A stretch of 64,000 bases of DNA from an uncultured Acidobacteriota bacterium (lineage in GTDB: Bacteria > Acidobacteriota > Thermoanaerobaculia > Multivoradales > UBA5704): assembly GCA_963770895.1 (NCBI GenBank), contig CAVYRF010000002.1, positions 3,584,001-3,648,000 of the forward strand, written 5' to 3'. Below, one piece after another: positions 1-9,399 of this stretch (the first letter of the stretch is position 1; each line of letters opens with the position of its first letter). Both the position numbers and the translations under genes were made by a program. The notes below the pieces were generated by a model, which was not told the DNA's origin, ran no database searches, and saw nothing but the letters and a program-made list of their open reading frames with translations.

Positions 1-2
1 CG

Positions 3-1394
3 TTCCACGCCACCCGCGCCGCCTACACGCCGGCGGTCAACGGTCTGACCGACGTCCTGCTCGGCCACAACCCGAACCTTGCCGCGCCTTTCCGTCTGGG
101 CCGGGCGCAGAGCTACACCTGCAGCCAGGATCACGAGTACACCGCCGAGCAGACGGCGGTCGACCTGGGAGCGATGGATCGCTTTGTCGAAACCTTGGGA
201 GAGAGCGCCGCGACCTGTCCCGACTACGGGTTGGGCAAGAAGCTGACCATGGGCTACTTCGACGGCAACACGGTCGGCGCCCTGTGGAGCTACGCCCAGC
301 ACTATGCGATGAGCGACAACTTCTTCGGCACCACCTACGGCCCGTCGACGGTGGGAGCGCTCAACCTGGTGTCGGGCAAGGGGGGCCCCATCGATCCGCA
401 GCACATCGCCGGCGACCTGAGCGGCGACGTGCTGGGGTCGACCGTGGTCGGCGAGCCGGAGCCGTATTGGGACGACTGCGCCGGCGTCGAACAGGTGGCG
501 CTGACCGGCCGCAACATCGGCGACCTGCTGTCCGCCTCCTACATCACCTGGGGCTGGTTTCAGGGCGGCTTCGCGCCGACCGAAACCCACGCCGACGGCA
601 CCGTGGCGTGCGGCGCCAGGACGGCCAACCTGGCCGGCGCGCCGCAGATGGATTACAGCCCGCACGAGGAGCCGTTCCAATATTTCAAGCAGACCGCCAA
701 TCCGCATCACCTGCCGCCATCCGCAGCCAACATGATCGGTCACGGCGACCAGGCGAATCACCAATACGACCTGGCCGCCTTCTGGACCGCGGCCAAGGCC
801 GGCAACCTGCCACAGGTCAGCTTCCTCAAGGCGAAGCGGGCGAGCGACGGCCACGCCGAATCCTCGTCGCCGCTCGACGAGCAGGCCTGGCTGGCCGCCA
901 CCATCAACCAGCTGCAGCAGCTGCCGGAGTGGAAGACGATGGCGATCCTGATCACCTGGGACGATTCCAACGGCTGGTACGACCACGTGCTGGGGCCGCT
1001 GGTCAATGCGTCGAACACCGCCGCCGACGCGCTCACCGGCGCCGGCAGCTGCGGTTCCGGCTCGCCGCTGGGCGGCGTGCAGGGGCGCTGCGGCTACGGT
1101 CCGCGCCTGCCGCTTTTGGCGATCTCGCCCTTTAGCAAGGTTAACTTTGTCGATCACTCGCTGACCGACCAGACGTCGCTGCTGCGCTTCATCGAGGACA
1201 ACTGGAGCCTGGGCCGCCTGGGCGGCGGCTCGTTCGACGAGATCGCCGGCTCGCTCGGCAACCTTTTCGATTTTGGCCGCGATCCCCACGCCGGCACGCT
1301 GGTGGTGGACCCGGCGACCGGCGAGGTGAAGGCGGCGGCGGGCTTTGTGGCGCTCGAAGCCGCTGGCGGCGGCGACCCGCGGCCGGCGCCATGA
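3..1394 (+). CDS. Phospholipase C / acid phosphatase (phosphoesterase family), 5'-truncated by the window edge
   Basis: Frame is open from base 3 (FHATRAAYTP...CSQDHEY) into ORF 174..1394. Motifs TMGYFD, YAMSDNFF, YSPHEEPFQYF, ITWDDSNGWYDHV, GYGPRLP, DQTSLLRFIEDNW. Confidence 0.9.
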   Translation, partial: FHATRAAYTPAVNGLTDVLLGHNPNLAAPFRLGRAQSYTCSQDHEYTAEQTAVDLGAMDRFVETLGESAATCPDYGLGKKLTMGYFDGNTVGALWSYAQHYAMSDNFFGTTYGPSTVGALNLVSGKGGPIDPQHIAGDLSGDVLGSTVVGEPEPYWDDCAGVEQVALTGRNIGDLLSASYITWGWFQGGFAPTETHADGTVACGARTANLAGAPQMDYSPHEEPFQYFKQTANPHHLPPSAANMIGHGDQANHQYDLAAFWTAAKAGNLPQVSFLKAKRASDGHAESSSPLDEQAWLAATINQLQQLPEWKTMAILITWDDSNGWYDHVLGPLVNASNTAADALTGAGSCGSGSPLGGVQGRCGYGPRLPLLAISPFSKVNFVDHSLTDQTSLLRFIEDNWSLGRLGGGSFDEIAGSLGNLFDFGRDPHAGTLVVDPATGEVKAAAGFVALEAAGGGDPRPAP

Positions 1395-3082
1395 CGGTCA
1401 CGCGTCGCCAGCTGCTGCAGTTCGCGGCGGCGGCGGGCGCCCGCTACGCCCTGCTGCCGCGGCGCCTCAACTGGGCGCAGCGCTCGCCCGACCTGACGCC
1501 GTTCGTCGACCCGCTGCCGGTGCCGCCGGTGCTGCAGGGGGCGGCGCGCTACGACGTGCACATGCGGGAGATCCTGCACAAGCTCCACCGCGACCTGCCG
1601 GCCACCCGCGTGTGGGCCTATCACGGCACCTTCATCGGACCGACCTTCGAGGTGCGCCGCGGCTCGCCCATCGAGGTGCAGTGGTTGAACGAGCTGCCGG
1701 AGCGCCACCTGCTGCCGATCGATCACGCCCTGCACGGCGCCGAGCGCGAGCTGCCCGCGGTGCGCACCGTCGTCCACCTGCACGGCGCCAAGGTGCTGGG
1801 CGACAGCGACGGCCATCCCGAAGCCTGGTTCACGCGCGACTTTGCCCGCACCGGCCGCATGTTTTCCCGCCGCACCGTGCGCTACCCCAACGAGCAGGCC
1901 GCGGCGGCGCTGTGGTATCACGACCACGCCCTGGGCATCACCCGCTTGAACGTCTACGCCGGCCTGGCCGGCTTCTACCTGATCCGCGACGACGTGGAGG
2001 ACGCGCTGCCGCTGCCCCGGCGGCGCTACGAAGTGCCGCTGATGTTTCAGGACCGCTCGCTCAATGCCGACGGCTCGCTCGACTATCCGGTGCAGGGGCC
2101 GGTGGCGGCCGACGTGCCGGCGATATGGATCCCCGAGATGTTCGCCGACACCGGCCTGGTCAACGGCAAGGTGCTGCCGTTCCTGGCGGTCGAGCCGCGC
2201 AAGTATCGCTTCCGCATGTTGAACGCCTGCAACGCGCGCTTTCTCAACCTGTCGGTCGCCGGCGCCGGCGATCCGGCGGAGGTGCTGCCGCTGATCCAGA
2301 TCGGCAGCGACCAGGGGCTGCTGCCGCGGCCGGTCGAGCTCAGGGAGCTGCTGCTGGCGCCGGCCGAGCGGGCCGACGTGGTGATCGATTTCGCCGCGCG
2401 CGCCGGCAAGGACTTGCTGGTGCTCAACAACGCGCCGGCGCCCTATCCCGGCGGCGGCGCGCTGGGGGCGGTGCCGATGTTCATGCAGTTCCGCGTCACC
2501 GGCAGCGTGACGCAGCCGGACCAGCCGCTGCCGGCGCGCCTGGCGGCGCCGCTGCCCGAGCCGCTGCCGCCGGCCGGCTGCGTGCGCCGGCGCCTGCTGA
2601 TCGCCGAAACCGACGCCGCCTCCGGCGATCCGCTCATCGGCCTGCTCGGCACGGTCGAGGGCGGCGGCATGCGCTTCCACGCGCCGACGACCGAAAACCC
2701 GCGCGCCGGCGCGACCGAGATGTGGGAGCTGTACAACACCACCGAAGACGCCCACCCCATCCACCTGCACCTGGCGCGCTTTCAGGTGGTCGAGCGGCAG
2801 CTGTTCGATCTCAAGACATTTCAGGCCGGCGGCGGCATCCGCTTCACCGCTCCCCCCGAGCGCCCCGCCGCCAACGAGCGCCCCGCCTGGAAGGACGTGG
2901 TGGCGGCGCTGCCCGGCGAGCCCGACGCCGGAACCGGCCGCGTCACCCGCATCCTGCCGACGTTCGAGATGCCGGCCGGTCCCGTCCCCGCCCCCGGCAC
3001 CCACCCCGACTACATGTGGCACTGCCACATCCTGGAGCACGAAGACAACGAGATGATGCGGCCGCTGCGGGTGATGCCCTAG
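1391..3082 (+). CDS. Tat-exported multicopper oxidase (CotA/bilirubin oxidase-like)
   Basis: TRRQLL twin-arginine signal. All four Cu motifs: HLHG, WYHDH, HPIHLH, WHCHILEHEDNEMM. ATGA overlap with the upstream gene. Confidence 0.95.
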   Translation: MTVTRRQLLQFAAAAGARYALLPRRLNWAQRSPDLTPFVDPLPVPPVLQGAARYDVHMREILHKLHRDLPATRVWAYHGTFIGPTFEVRRGSPIEVQWLNELPERHLLPIDHALHGAERELPAVRTVVHLHGAKVLGDSDGHPEAWFTRDFARTGRMFSRRTVRYPNEQAAAALWYHDHALGITRLNVYAGLAGFYLIRDDVEDALPLPRRRYEVPLMFQDRSLNADGSLDYPVQGPVAADVPAIWIPEMFADTGLVNGKVLPFLAVEPRKYRFRMLNACNARFLNLSVAGAGDPAEVLPLIQIGSDQGLLPRPVELRELLLAPAERADVVIDFAARAGKDLLVLNNAPAPYPGGGALGAVPMFMQFRVTGSVTQPDQPLPARLAAPLPEPLPPAGCVRRRLLIAETDAASGDPLIGLLGTVEGGGMRFHAPTTENPRAGATEMWELYNTTEDAHPIHLHLARFQVVERQLFDLKTFQAGGGIRFTAPPERPAANERPAWKDVVAALPGEPDAGTGRVTRILPTFEMPAGPVPAPGTHPDYMWHCHILEHEDNEMMRPLRVMP

Positions 3083-3115
3083 TCCCGACGGGCCGCCCGC
3101 TGCTCGCCGGGACCC

Positions 3116-3535
3116 TCAAGCCGCGGTGGCCAGACCCTCCAGCCGGGCGGCCGCAAGCAGGCGATCGTCGCTGCAGACAAACAGGCAAGGCACCTGCAAC
3201 CGATCCCTCAGCTCGATGCAGGAGGCGAGCTGAATGCCGTCCGCCGCGCGCAGCGCATGCCGAGTCAGAAGAGCCACGGCGCGCGCCACCACTTCGGGCC
3301 CCACCTCCACCAGGAAGAGCGTCGCGAAATCAACGCGCAACATCGCCAGCACCCGGTCGCGCTCCGCTGTCGAGAAAGCCCCCTCGCGGCAGCGGCGCGC
3401 CAGCGCCGAAGCGACTTCCGCCTCCGACAACCGGGATGCGGCGGCAATGCCGCCGCGGAGAAGGGAATTCAGGCGCTTGCCGCCGGGCTCCAGCACATAT
3501 CGCTTGACCAGCGCGCTGGAGTCGAAATAGCGCAC
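3116..3535 (-). CDS. vapC: PIN-domain (VapC-family) toxin
   Basis: GTG start at 3535 gives RYFDSSALVKRY...E..SAL...LRAADGIQLASC...FVCSDDRL, carrying the acidic PIN residues. Lies directly downstream of the antitoxin. Start codon inferred. Confidence 0.88.
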   Translation of the reverse strand: MRYFDSSALVKRYVLEPGGKRLNSLLRGGIAAASRLSEAEVASALARRCREGAFSTAERDRVLAMLRVDFATLFLVEVGPEVVARAVALLTRHALRAADGIQLASCIELRDRLQVPCLFVCSDDRLLAAARLEGLATAA

Positions 3536-3569
3536 GTCCGGGGTGCGCTCCGCCGGCTCGGCAACGATC

Positions 3570-3878
3570 TTAGAAACGATCTTCCCGATCCTCCAGAACT
3601 GCTTGCGAAACCGACTGCCGCGATACGACAGGCTGAAAGTCCCGGAATACCGCGCGCTCCCGCACTTCCTGGCTGACCAGCCCCTGCGAGGCCAGGCGGT
3701 ACAGCTGCTCTTCAAGGCCACCGCCGAGCGCCAGCGGCCGCAGCTCGGCAATCGGCAGCCCGCGCTCGGTCACCAGGATCGTCTCCCCAGCCTTGACGCG
3801 CCGCAGATAGGAGCCCAGGCGGGTCTTCAGCTCCCGACAGCCGACAGCAACCGGACGGGAAGAGCGGAGCGGAGCCAT
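3570..3878 (-). CDS. Phd/YefM-family antitoxin
   Basis: VGCRELKTRLGSYLRRVKAGETILVTERGLPIAELRP is the prevent-host-death signature. ATG at 3878. Confidence 0.9.
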   Translation of the reverse strand: MAPLRSSRPVAVGCRELKTRLGSYLRRVKAGETILVTERGLPIAELRPLALGGGLEEQLYRLASQGLVSQEVRERAVFRDFQPVVSRQSVSQAVLEDREDRF

Positions 3879-3884
3879 GTGGTC

Positions 3885-3913
3885 ATTGTGGGCTCTTTGC
3901 GGTTCCGGGTCAA
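3885..3913 (-). promoter_or_regulatory. Sigma70-type promoter of the toxin-antitoxin operon (probably leaderless)
   Basis: Minus strand reads TTGACC-N17-CACAAT, then 6 nt, then the antitoxin ATG. No Shine-Dalgarno sequence. Confidence 0.6.
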
Positions 3914-4030
3914 GTCGAGCGAGGACCCATCCGACGCGCTGCCTCTTCGGCAAAACCCTCCGCCCGCGCCCCCCGGCCCGATCGCGGACGTGCCGCAGGC
4001 GCGCCGCGGTCGGGGCAACGTACCAGCTGC

Positions 4031-4312
4031 TCAGTCGCGCGTCGAGCGCTGCGGCTCCCTGCCTTCCGGCCAGCTCGGCACGCCGGCATCCAGCGAGAGC
4101 TTTGCGCTCTTGACGAATCCGGCCACCATCCGCCAGAAGCCAGCGGCCAGCAGGAGCTCCACCAGCTCGTCGTGTCCGAAGGCCTTCTCCAGCGTCGCCC
4201 AGGTCGCGGGGGTGACTTGAGCGTCTGCGTGCATTTCGTCAGCCAGGTGGAGCAGCGCACGATCGGTCTGGCCATAGGCGTCGCATGCCGCAGGATCACG
4301 CACGCCCAGGAT
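4031..4312 (-). pseudogene. C-terminal fragment of a carboxymuconolactone decarboxylase/AhpD-family protein
   Basis: DILGVRDP...DRALLHLADEMH..AQV...TWATL...FGHDELVELL..AGFWRMVA matches the C-terminal half of the family. The N-terminal half with the E...C.YE..H motif is absent. Confidence 0.6.
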
Positions 4313-4395
4313 GTCCCTTTTAGGACAGAATCGACCCTGATTCTGGATGCCGCGCGTGCTATCGTGTCCCTTCGCTTAACCGAACCTGTTTGCTC

Positions 4396-5868
4396 ATGCA
4401 ATCCGTTCGCGCTGCGGGCTCCGAGACTGCCTGCTTCGAGCTGCCGGCGGCCAGGGGTGTGCGGGTCCGCGGCGACTGCGGACGCGCCGACCGCCGCATC
4501 GCGGTCGGGCTGATCCTGCTGGCGTTCGCTGTGTACAACCTCAACTTCCGCGTCATCCAGGACGGCGACACGGTGCCGACGCGCCTGCTGCCGTTCGCCA
4601 TCTGGCGGTCGGGGACGGTGAGCCTCGATGCCGTGGGCGAGCTGGCGACGGCGGTGCCGCCGGGCAAGGCGTACCACGATGCCTACTGGCTGGCGTGGCG
4701 CGGCGGGCATCTCCACTCGACGTACCCGATCGTGGCGCCGGTGCTTTTGGCGCCGCTCTATGCGCCGGCCGTCGGCTATCTTGCCTGGGCGGGGTGGGAG
4801 CCGTGGCGGCTCCAGAACACCTCGCTGCGCATGGAGAAGCTGACTGCTGCGCTGGTGGCGGCGCTGTCGGTAGGCCTCTTCTATGTGCTGGCGCGGCGGC
4901 GTGTCGAGCGCTCACCGGCCTTCCTCGGCGCCATCGCCTACGGCTTCGCCACGGGCACGTGGGTCATTTCCAGTCAGGCACTGTGGGTTCACGGCCCGGC
5001 CGAGCTGCTGGCAGTCTGCCTGCTGCTTGCGGCGACCGTGCGCCAGCCGTCGATCGCGAGCCTCGGCGGAGCTGGTGTAGCCGCCGGCCTTGCGGCGGTC
5101 AACCGCCTGCCGGATGCCGCGCTGGTGGTGGTCCTGATCGTGCTCGCGCGGTGCGCGCGCTGGCGGGTGCTGTGGGCGGTGGGCGCCGCAGCGCTGGCGG
5201 CCGCGCCGTTCCTGCTCTACAACTTCAACACATTCGGGCACTGGGCCGGCGGCTACGCCTGGGCCGCCACGGGCTCCCACCCATACCTCGCCTTCCCACA
5301 ACTGCCGGGAGTGGCCGGGTTGTTGGTGAGCCCCGCCAAGGGGCTCCTGGTCTTCTCTCCCTTCTTCATCTTCCTGGCTGGACGCTTCGTGCCGCGGAAG
5401 CTCCAGCTTCCGCCCGGAGCGACCGCTGGCGTCGAGGTGGCCCGGGAGCCGCTTTACCTCCTCGACCTGGCCGTGCTCGCCGCCTTCCTGGCGCAGCTCT
5501 ACGCCTACAGCCGCTCGGACTTCCGGGCCGGCGCGTGCTACGGCCCGCGCTACCTGACGGACAGCTATCCGCTCTTGATCTGGCTGCTCCTGCCGGTCAT
5601 CGCCCGGCTGCGCGGCAACTGGCTGCGAGCCTTCCTCGTCGCCGTGGCCGCTGGCATCGCGATCGAGGGGGTCGGCGCCTTCTGCTATCCGCGCGGCCAC
5701 AGCGACGCTCTCTTCTACCCGCCCACACTCTCCCGCCGCATCATCGCGCCGAGCGTCTGGTCGCCGGCCAACGTCCCCTTCCTGCTCGAGGCGCGAGCCG
5801 GCATTGCGCCGTCCGAGCTGCTGCCGCACCGCGAGCAAGCCGGGACTTCCACGCTCCGCCGGCCCTAG
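4396..5868 (+). CDS. Polytopic membrane glycosyltransferase (GT-C fold, ArnT/PMT-like)
   Basis: Many hydrophobic helices. Loop GDTVP after the first TM; SQALWVHG, GLLVSPAKGLLVFSP and YGPRYL motifs. Confidence 0.7.
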   Translation: MQSVRAAGSETACFELPAARGVRVRGDCGRADRRIAVGLILLAFAVYNLNFRVIQDGDTVPTRLLPFAIWRSGTVSLDAVGELATAVPPGKAYHDAYWLAWRGGHLHSTYPIVAPVLLAPLYAPAVGYLAWAGWEPWRLQNTSLRMEKLTAALVAALSVGLFYVLARRRVERSPAFLGAIAYGFATGTWVISSQALWVHGPAELLAVCLLLAATVRQPSIASLGGAGVAAGLAAVNRLPDAALVVVLIVLARCARWRVLWAVGAAALAAAPFLLYNFNTFGHWAGGYAWAATGSHPYLAFPQLPGVAGLLVSPAKGLLVFSPFFIFLAGRFVPRKLQLPPGATAGVEVAREPLYLLDLAVLAAFLAQLYAYSRSDFRAGACYGPRYLTDSYPLLIWLLLPVIARLRGNWLRAFLVAVAAGIAIEGVGAFCYPRGHSDALFYPPTLSRRIIAPSVWSPANVPFLLEARAGIAPSELLPHREQAGTSTLRRP

Positions 5869-5953
5869 CCTTATCAGCGGATCATCTGGCAGTCGCACCT
5901 CCCACGGGAGTTTCTCAAAGAGATGGGAGTGCTGCAGCAGCGTCGCCATGCAG

Positions 5954-6712
5954 TCAGGTCTCCAACACCTCGCCGGAAAGGTCGACCCGGCGGCGCAGGT
6001 TCTGGCGTCGCATGAATTGTCGGACGTAGTCAAGTGCGCGGCCGCGATAGGTGTCGTAAAGCGGGTTCCTGGTGGGCTCGTGGTGGACGGAGACGGCTTC
6101 CGTATAGCCCACGCGGATCTTGCCCAGATGAGTGTAGAAGTAGGCGAAGTGCTCGCCGATCTTCAGCGCCTCGTCCCAACGGTATCGACGGAGCACGCGA
6201 GCAGGCGCCAACAATTGGCTGGGCGCGAAGTCGACCAACCGCACCGGTCCCACCTCTCCGCGCGACGCCCGGTGGCATTCCACCACGCCATCGCTCACCG
6301 AGTACAATCCCCAGAAGCCGGTGCTGTCGTCGATCCCTAGAAGGTCGACCCGCGCCGCCTCGAGAAGCTCCTCTGCCCTGCGCAGGTCCGTGTCCTGACC
6401 GAAGAAGCAGTCGTCATCGCAGTTGAAGACGTAGTGCGTCTTCGCCAGGCGGACGCCGTGATTGCGTCCTGCCGAAACGCCGACGTCGAAGCCGAGGTGA
6501 ACGTAGAGCGTCGCAGGTTCGTGCGCGGAGCGCGCCAGGAGTGCGCGATTGGCCTCGCGGCTGTCGTCGACGACGACTACCGGGATCGCCGGGTAGCGCG
6601 CCCGGATGCTGGTGATCAGGCGATCGACCGCTTCCGGACGCTCGAAGGTTTTGATCACGACGGTCGTTTGCCGCGGAGGTTCCATGAGCACAGTCTTGTT
6701 ACCCAGGAGCAT
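5954..6712 (-). CDS. GT-A fold glycosyltransferase (GT2/GT12-like)
   Basis: TVVIKTFERP, VVVVDDS, GVSAGRN and a DxD motif (CDDD). Confidence 0.88.
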   Translation of the reverse strand: MLLGNKTVLMEPPRQTTVVIKTFERPEAVDRLITSIRARYPAIPVVVVDDSREANRALLARSAHEPATLYVHLGFDVGVSAGRNHGVRLAKTHYVFNCDDDCFFGQDTDLRRAEELLEAARVDLLGIDDSTGFWGLYSVSDGVVECHRASRGEVGPVRLVDFAPSQLLAPARVLRRYRWDEALKIGEHFAYFYTHLGKIRVGYTEAVSVHHEPTRNPLYDTYRGRALDYVRQFMRRQNLRRRVDLSGEVLET

Positions 6713-6753
6713 TCATGCGTCGAGCTGCTGGCATCGCGGGGTCTACCTGGTGC

Positions 6754-8562
6754 TCAACCGCTTGTGGGCTGACTCCGCGAGGGGGCATCGACCGCGGCTA
6801 TTCGCCGCGCCGTGCCTCGACCCAGAAGGCGGAGCAGCCATGCGCGACAGCGCCAGGCTCGCGTGCCTTCCATGAACCGGACGCGGTCCTGCCAGCGTCC
6901 GAGCTCGTTGTGGAGCCGCTCGCGTTCGGCGGCGAGGAGATCGTTCGCCGTACGGAGTTTGGCTTCTGCCGCGGCCCGGTCTTCCTGCATCGCAACCAGC
7001 AGGTGCGGGAACCGCGATAGGTATAGCCGCTCATGCCTGCGGACGATGCACTCCTGGAGGGGCATGCTGAATTCCCTACGCTCGCACATCGAGACCATCG
7101 AATGAGGGCGCAAGCGATGATCGAAGCTCAGCACCGGCAGGTGACGGAATCCCCAGCCCTGCTCCGCGAGCGCAATCCAAAACTCCCAGTCCTCCCAGGC
7201 GGGGAGCTCGCGGGCGTAGCCCCCGCAACTCGACCAGGCCTCCTTTCTGAATACCGCGCAGGAGGCCACGTAGTTGCCGCATAGCATTCGGTCGAGGTCG
7301 AAATCCGGGACCTTGATATCGGCGGACCGCAGGCCGAACGTGTGGCGATCACCGTAGACCACCCCGAGGCGAGGCTCCTCATCGAGAAGCGCCACCGCCG
7401 CCTCGACGAAATGCCCACGCAGGCGGTCATCGGCGTCCAGGGTCAGGATGTAGGGCCCCTGGGCGCGGGCGATGCCCGCATTGCGGGCCTGCGACAGACC
7501 GACGCCCACTTCGTCCAGGATGTCGTAGCCAGCCTGTCGCAACCGACCCAGGACCTCGAGGGTTCGCGGCTGCCGAGAGCCGTCGTTGACGACAATGATC
7601 TCGCTGGTGGGCGCCGCGGCCTTCACGCTTGCGACGGCCTCGACGAGCAGCTCGCCGTGGTCGCGGCAGGGGATGACCACCGATACGCGCGGCGAGGCCG
7701 GTTTCGGCCGTGTCCGGGCTGAGCGCCGCTCGCGCACCAGGCCGGTCACCGGCAGATCGGCAGCCTCCTGCAGCTCGCCGTACAGGCCGAAAGCCTCGGG
7801 GCTGGTGGCCGCGACCAGATCGATCAGGGGGTGATCCAGAGGGTGGGCGCGCAGTCCCTCGTCTCCACGCAGGCGGGCAGGCAAATCGAGCTCCAGCGGA
7901 AGCCCGAACCGTGCAGCCAGGAGGTCGGTGAACCTGCGCGGCTCGGACAGCACGGCTTCGATCGAAATGAGGAGCGAGCGCTCTGCGTGGCGGCGACGAA
8001 AGTCCAGCAACCGGCGATTGTAGAAAGTCCAGATGCGGTAGCCATACTCCGGATTGCTCAGAAAGACGTCGGCACCGATCCGCTGCATGGCGTCGGCCAC
8101 ATCCCAGGGTGCCCGGTAGACAAGCAGATAGCCAGGCGCGAGCCCGGCGTCCTTGGCCAGATCGTCCCAGAAGTCGAGCACCAGCGTCGTGCGCGGATCC
8201 TTCCACCCCCAGCGGCATCCATCGTCGTGGGCCATCAGCAGCTCGCGTGCCGAATCCTTCACAGCGGCTGCAGGGCCAACGTCCCACGCCTCGGTCTCCG
8301 TCCAACCCCAGTCCCGATGTCCGGCCGCGGCCTCTGTGCAGGAGAGCATCAGCTGCCGGTTGACGGCGAGGAACTCCTGGTCCTCGAAATAGCCGCGCGG
8401 ATTGTTGGCATCGGCCGCGACGAGCCGCGTCCCCATCGCGACACCGCCAGCGGCGAGGATCGAGGCCAGGTAAGACGTGCCGGAACGATGCATTCCAGCC
8501 ACGACGATCGGCGAAACATGGGGGGTTCCTGCGGTGGTGGAGCCTGAGGTCCGCTCCTTCAT
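6754..8562 (-). CDS. Sulfotransferase-GT2 glycosyltransferase fusion with C-terminal coiled coil
   Basis: N-terminal GMHRSGTS (PAPS-binding loop), NPRGYFED, WGWKDPRT. Then VSVVIPC..VVNDGS..ARNAG..LDADD..WEDWEFW. Heptad-rich tail. Confidence 0.88.
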   Translation of the reverse strand: MKERTSGSTTAGTPHVSPIVVAGMHRSGTSYLASILAAGGVAMGTRLVAADANNPRGYFEDQEFLAVNRQLMLSCTEAAAGHRDWGWTETEAWDVGPAAAVKDSARELLMAHDDGCRWGWKDPRTTLVLDFWDDLAKDAGLAPGYLLVYRAPWDVADAMQRIGADVFLSNPEYGYRIWTFYNRRLLDFRRRHAERSLLISIEAVLSEPRRFTDLLAARFGLPLELDLPARLRGDEGLRAHPLDHPLIDLVAATSPEAFGLYGELQEAADLPVTGLVRERRSARTRPKPASPRVSVVIPCRDHGELLVEAVASVKAAAPTSEIIVVNDGSRQPRTLEVLGRLRQAGYDILDEVGVGLSQARNAGIARAQGPYILTLDADDRLRGHFVEAAVALLDEEPRLGVVYGDRHTFGLRSADIKVPDFDLDRMLCGNYVASCAVFRKEAWSSCGGYARELPAWEDWEFWIALAEQGWGFRHLPVLSFDHRLRPHSMVSMCERREFSMPLQECIVRRHERLYLSRFPHLLVAMQEDRAAAEAKLRTANDLLAAERERLHNELGRWQDRVRFMEGTRAWRCRAWLLRLLGRGTARRIAAVDAPSRSQPTSG

Positions 8563-8670
8563 GCTGCGAAATCTACCGCATTTCCAGGCCCAGGGCGGTG
8601 AATCCTGCCCGCGAGCGGATCACCAGAGGCCACGCAGCCCCAGTGATTGCCGGCGGGCGGGCGCGGGCGG

Positions 8671-9399
8671 TCAGGCGGGCTCGGCGGTACCGCCCAGGTA
8701 GGCGGCGCGGACGCGGGGGTCCTGGCGCAGGTCGGCGGCGGGGGCGTCGAGCTGGATGCGGCCGTGCTCGATGACGTAGCCGTAGTCGGCGAGGTCGAGG
8801 GCGCGATAGGCGAGCTGCTCGACCAGGAGCATGGTGAGGCCGCGCTGCTTGAGGTCGTGCAGGCGGCGGAAGACTTCGTCGATGAGCAGCGGGGCCAGGC
8901 CCATGGAGGGCTCGTCGAGCATCAGCAGGGTGGGCCGCAGCATGAGGGCGCGGCCGATGGCGAGCATCTGCTGCTCGCCGCCTGAAAGGGTGCCGGCGAG
9001 CTGCCCGATGCGGTCCTTGAGGCGCGGGAAGAAGTCGAAGACGGCGGCGCAGTCGGTGGCGAGCTCGGCGCGGGAGCGGGTGCTGCGCAGGCTGAAGGCG
9101 CCGAGCAGCAGGTTGTCGTGCACGGTCTGGTCGGGGAAGACGTGACGCCCCTCGGGCACGTGCGCGACGCGCAGGGCGGCGATCTTGTGCGGCGGCAGGC
9201 CGGTCAGGGAGCGGCCGGCCAGGGTGACGGTGCCGGCGGTGGGGGTGAGCAGGCCCGAGATGGCGCGCAGCAGGGTCGTCTTGCCGGCGCCGTTGCCGCC
9301 GATGACGCAGACGACCTGCCCGGGGGCGACGCGCAGCGAGACGCCGTGGAGGGCGCGCACCAAGCCGTAGTGAACGACCAGGTCGTGCACCTCAAGCAT
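8671..9399 (-). CDS. livF: Branched-chain amino acid-type ABC transporter ATPase
   Basis: GGNGAGKT, HVPEGRHVF, LSGGEQQML, LDEPSMGLAP, LLVEQ. Confidence 0.95.
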   Translation of the reverse strand: MLEVHDLVVHYGLVRALHGVSLRVAPGQVVCVIGGNGAGKTTLLRAISGLLTPTAGTVTLAGRSLTGLPPHKIAALRVAHVPEGRHVFPDQTVHDNLLLGAFSLRSTRSRAELATDCAAVFDFFPRLKDRIGQLAGTLSGGEQQMLAIGRALMLRPTLLMLDEPSMGLAPLLIDEVFRRLHDLKQRGLTMLLVEQLAYRALDLADYGYVIEHGRIQLDAPAADLRQDPRVRAAYLGGTAEPA

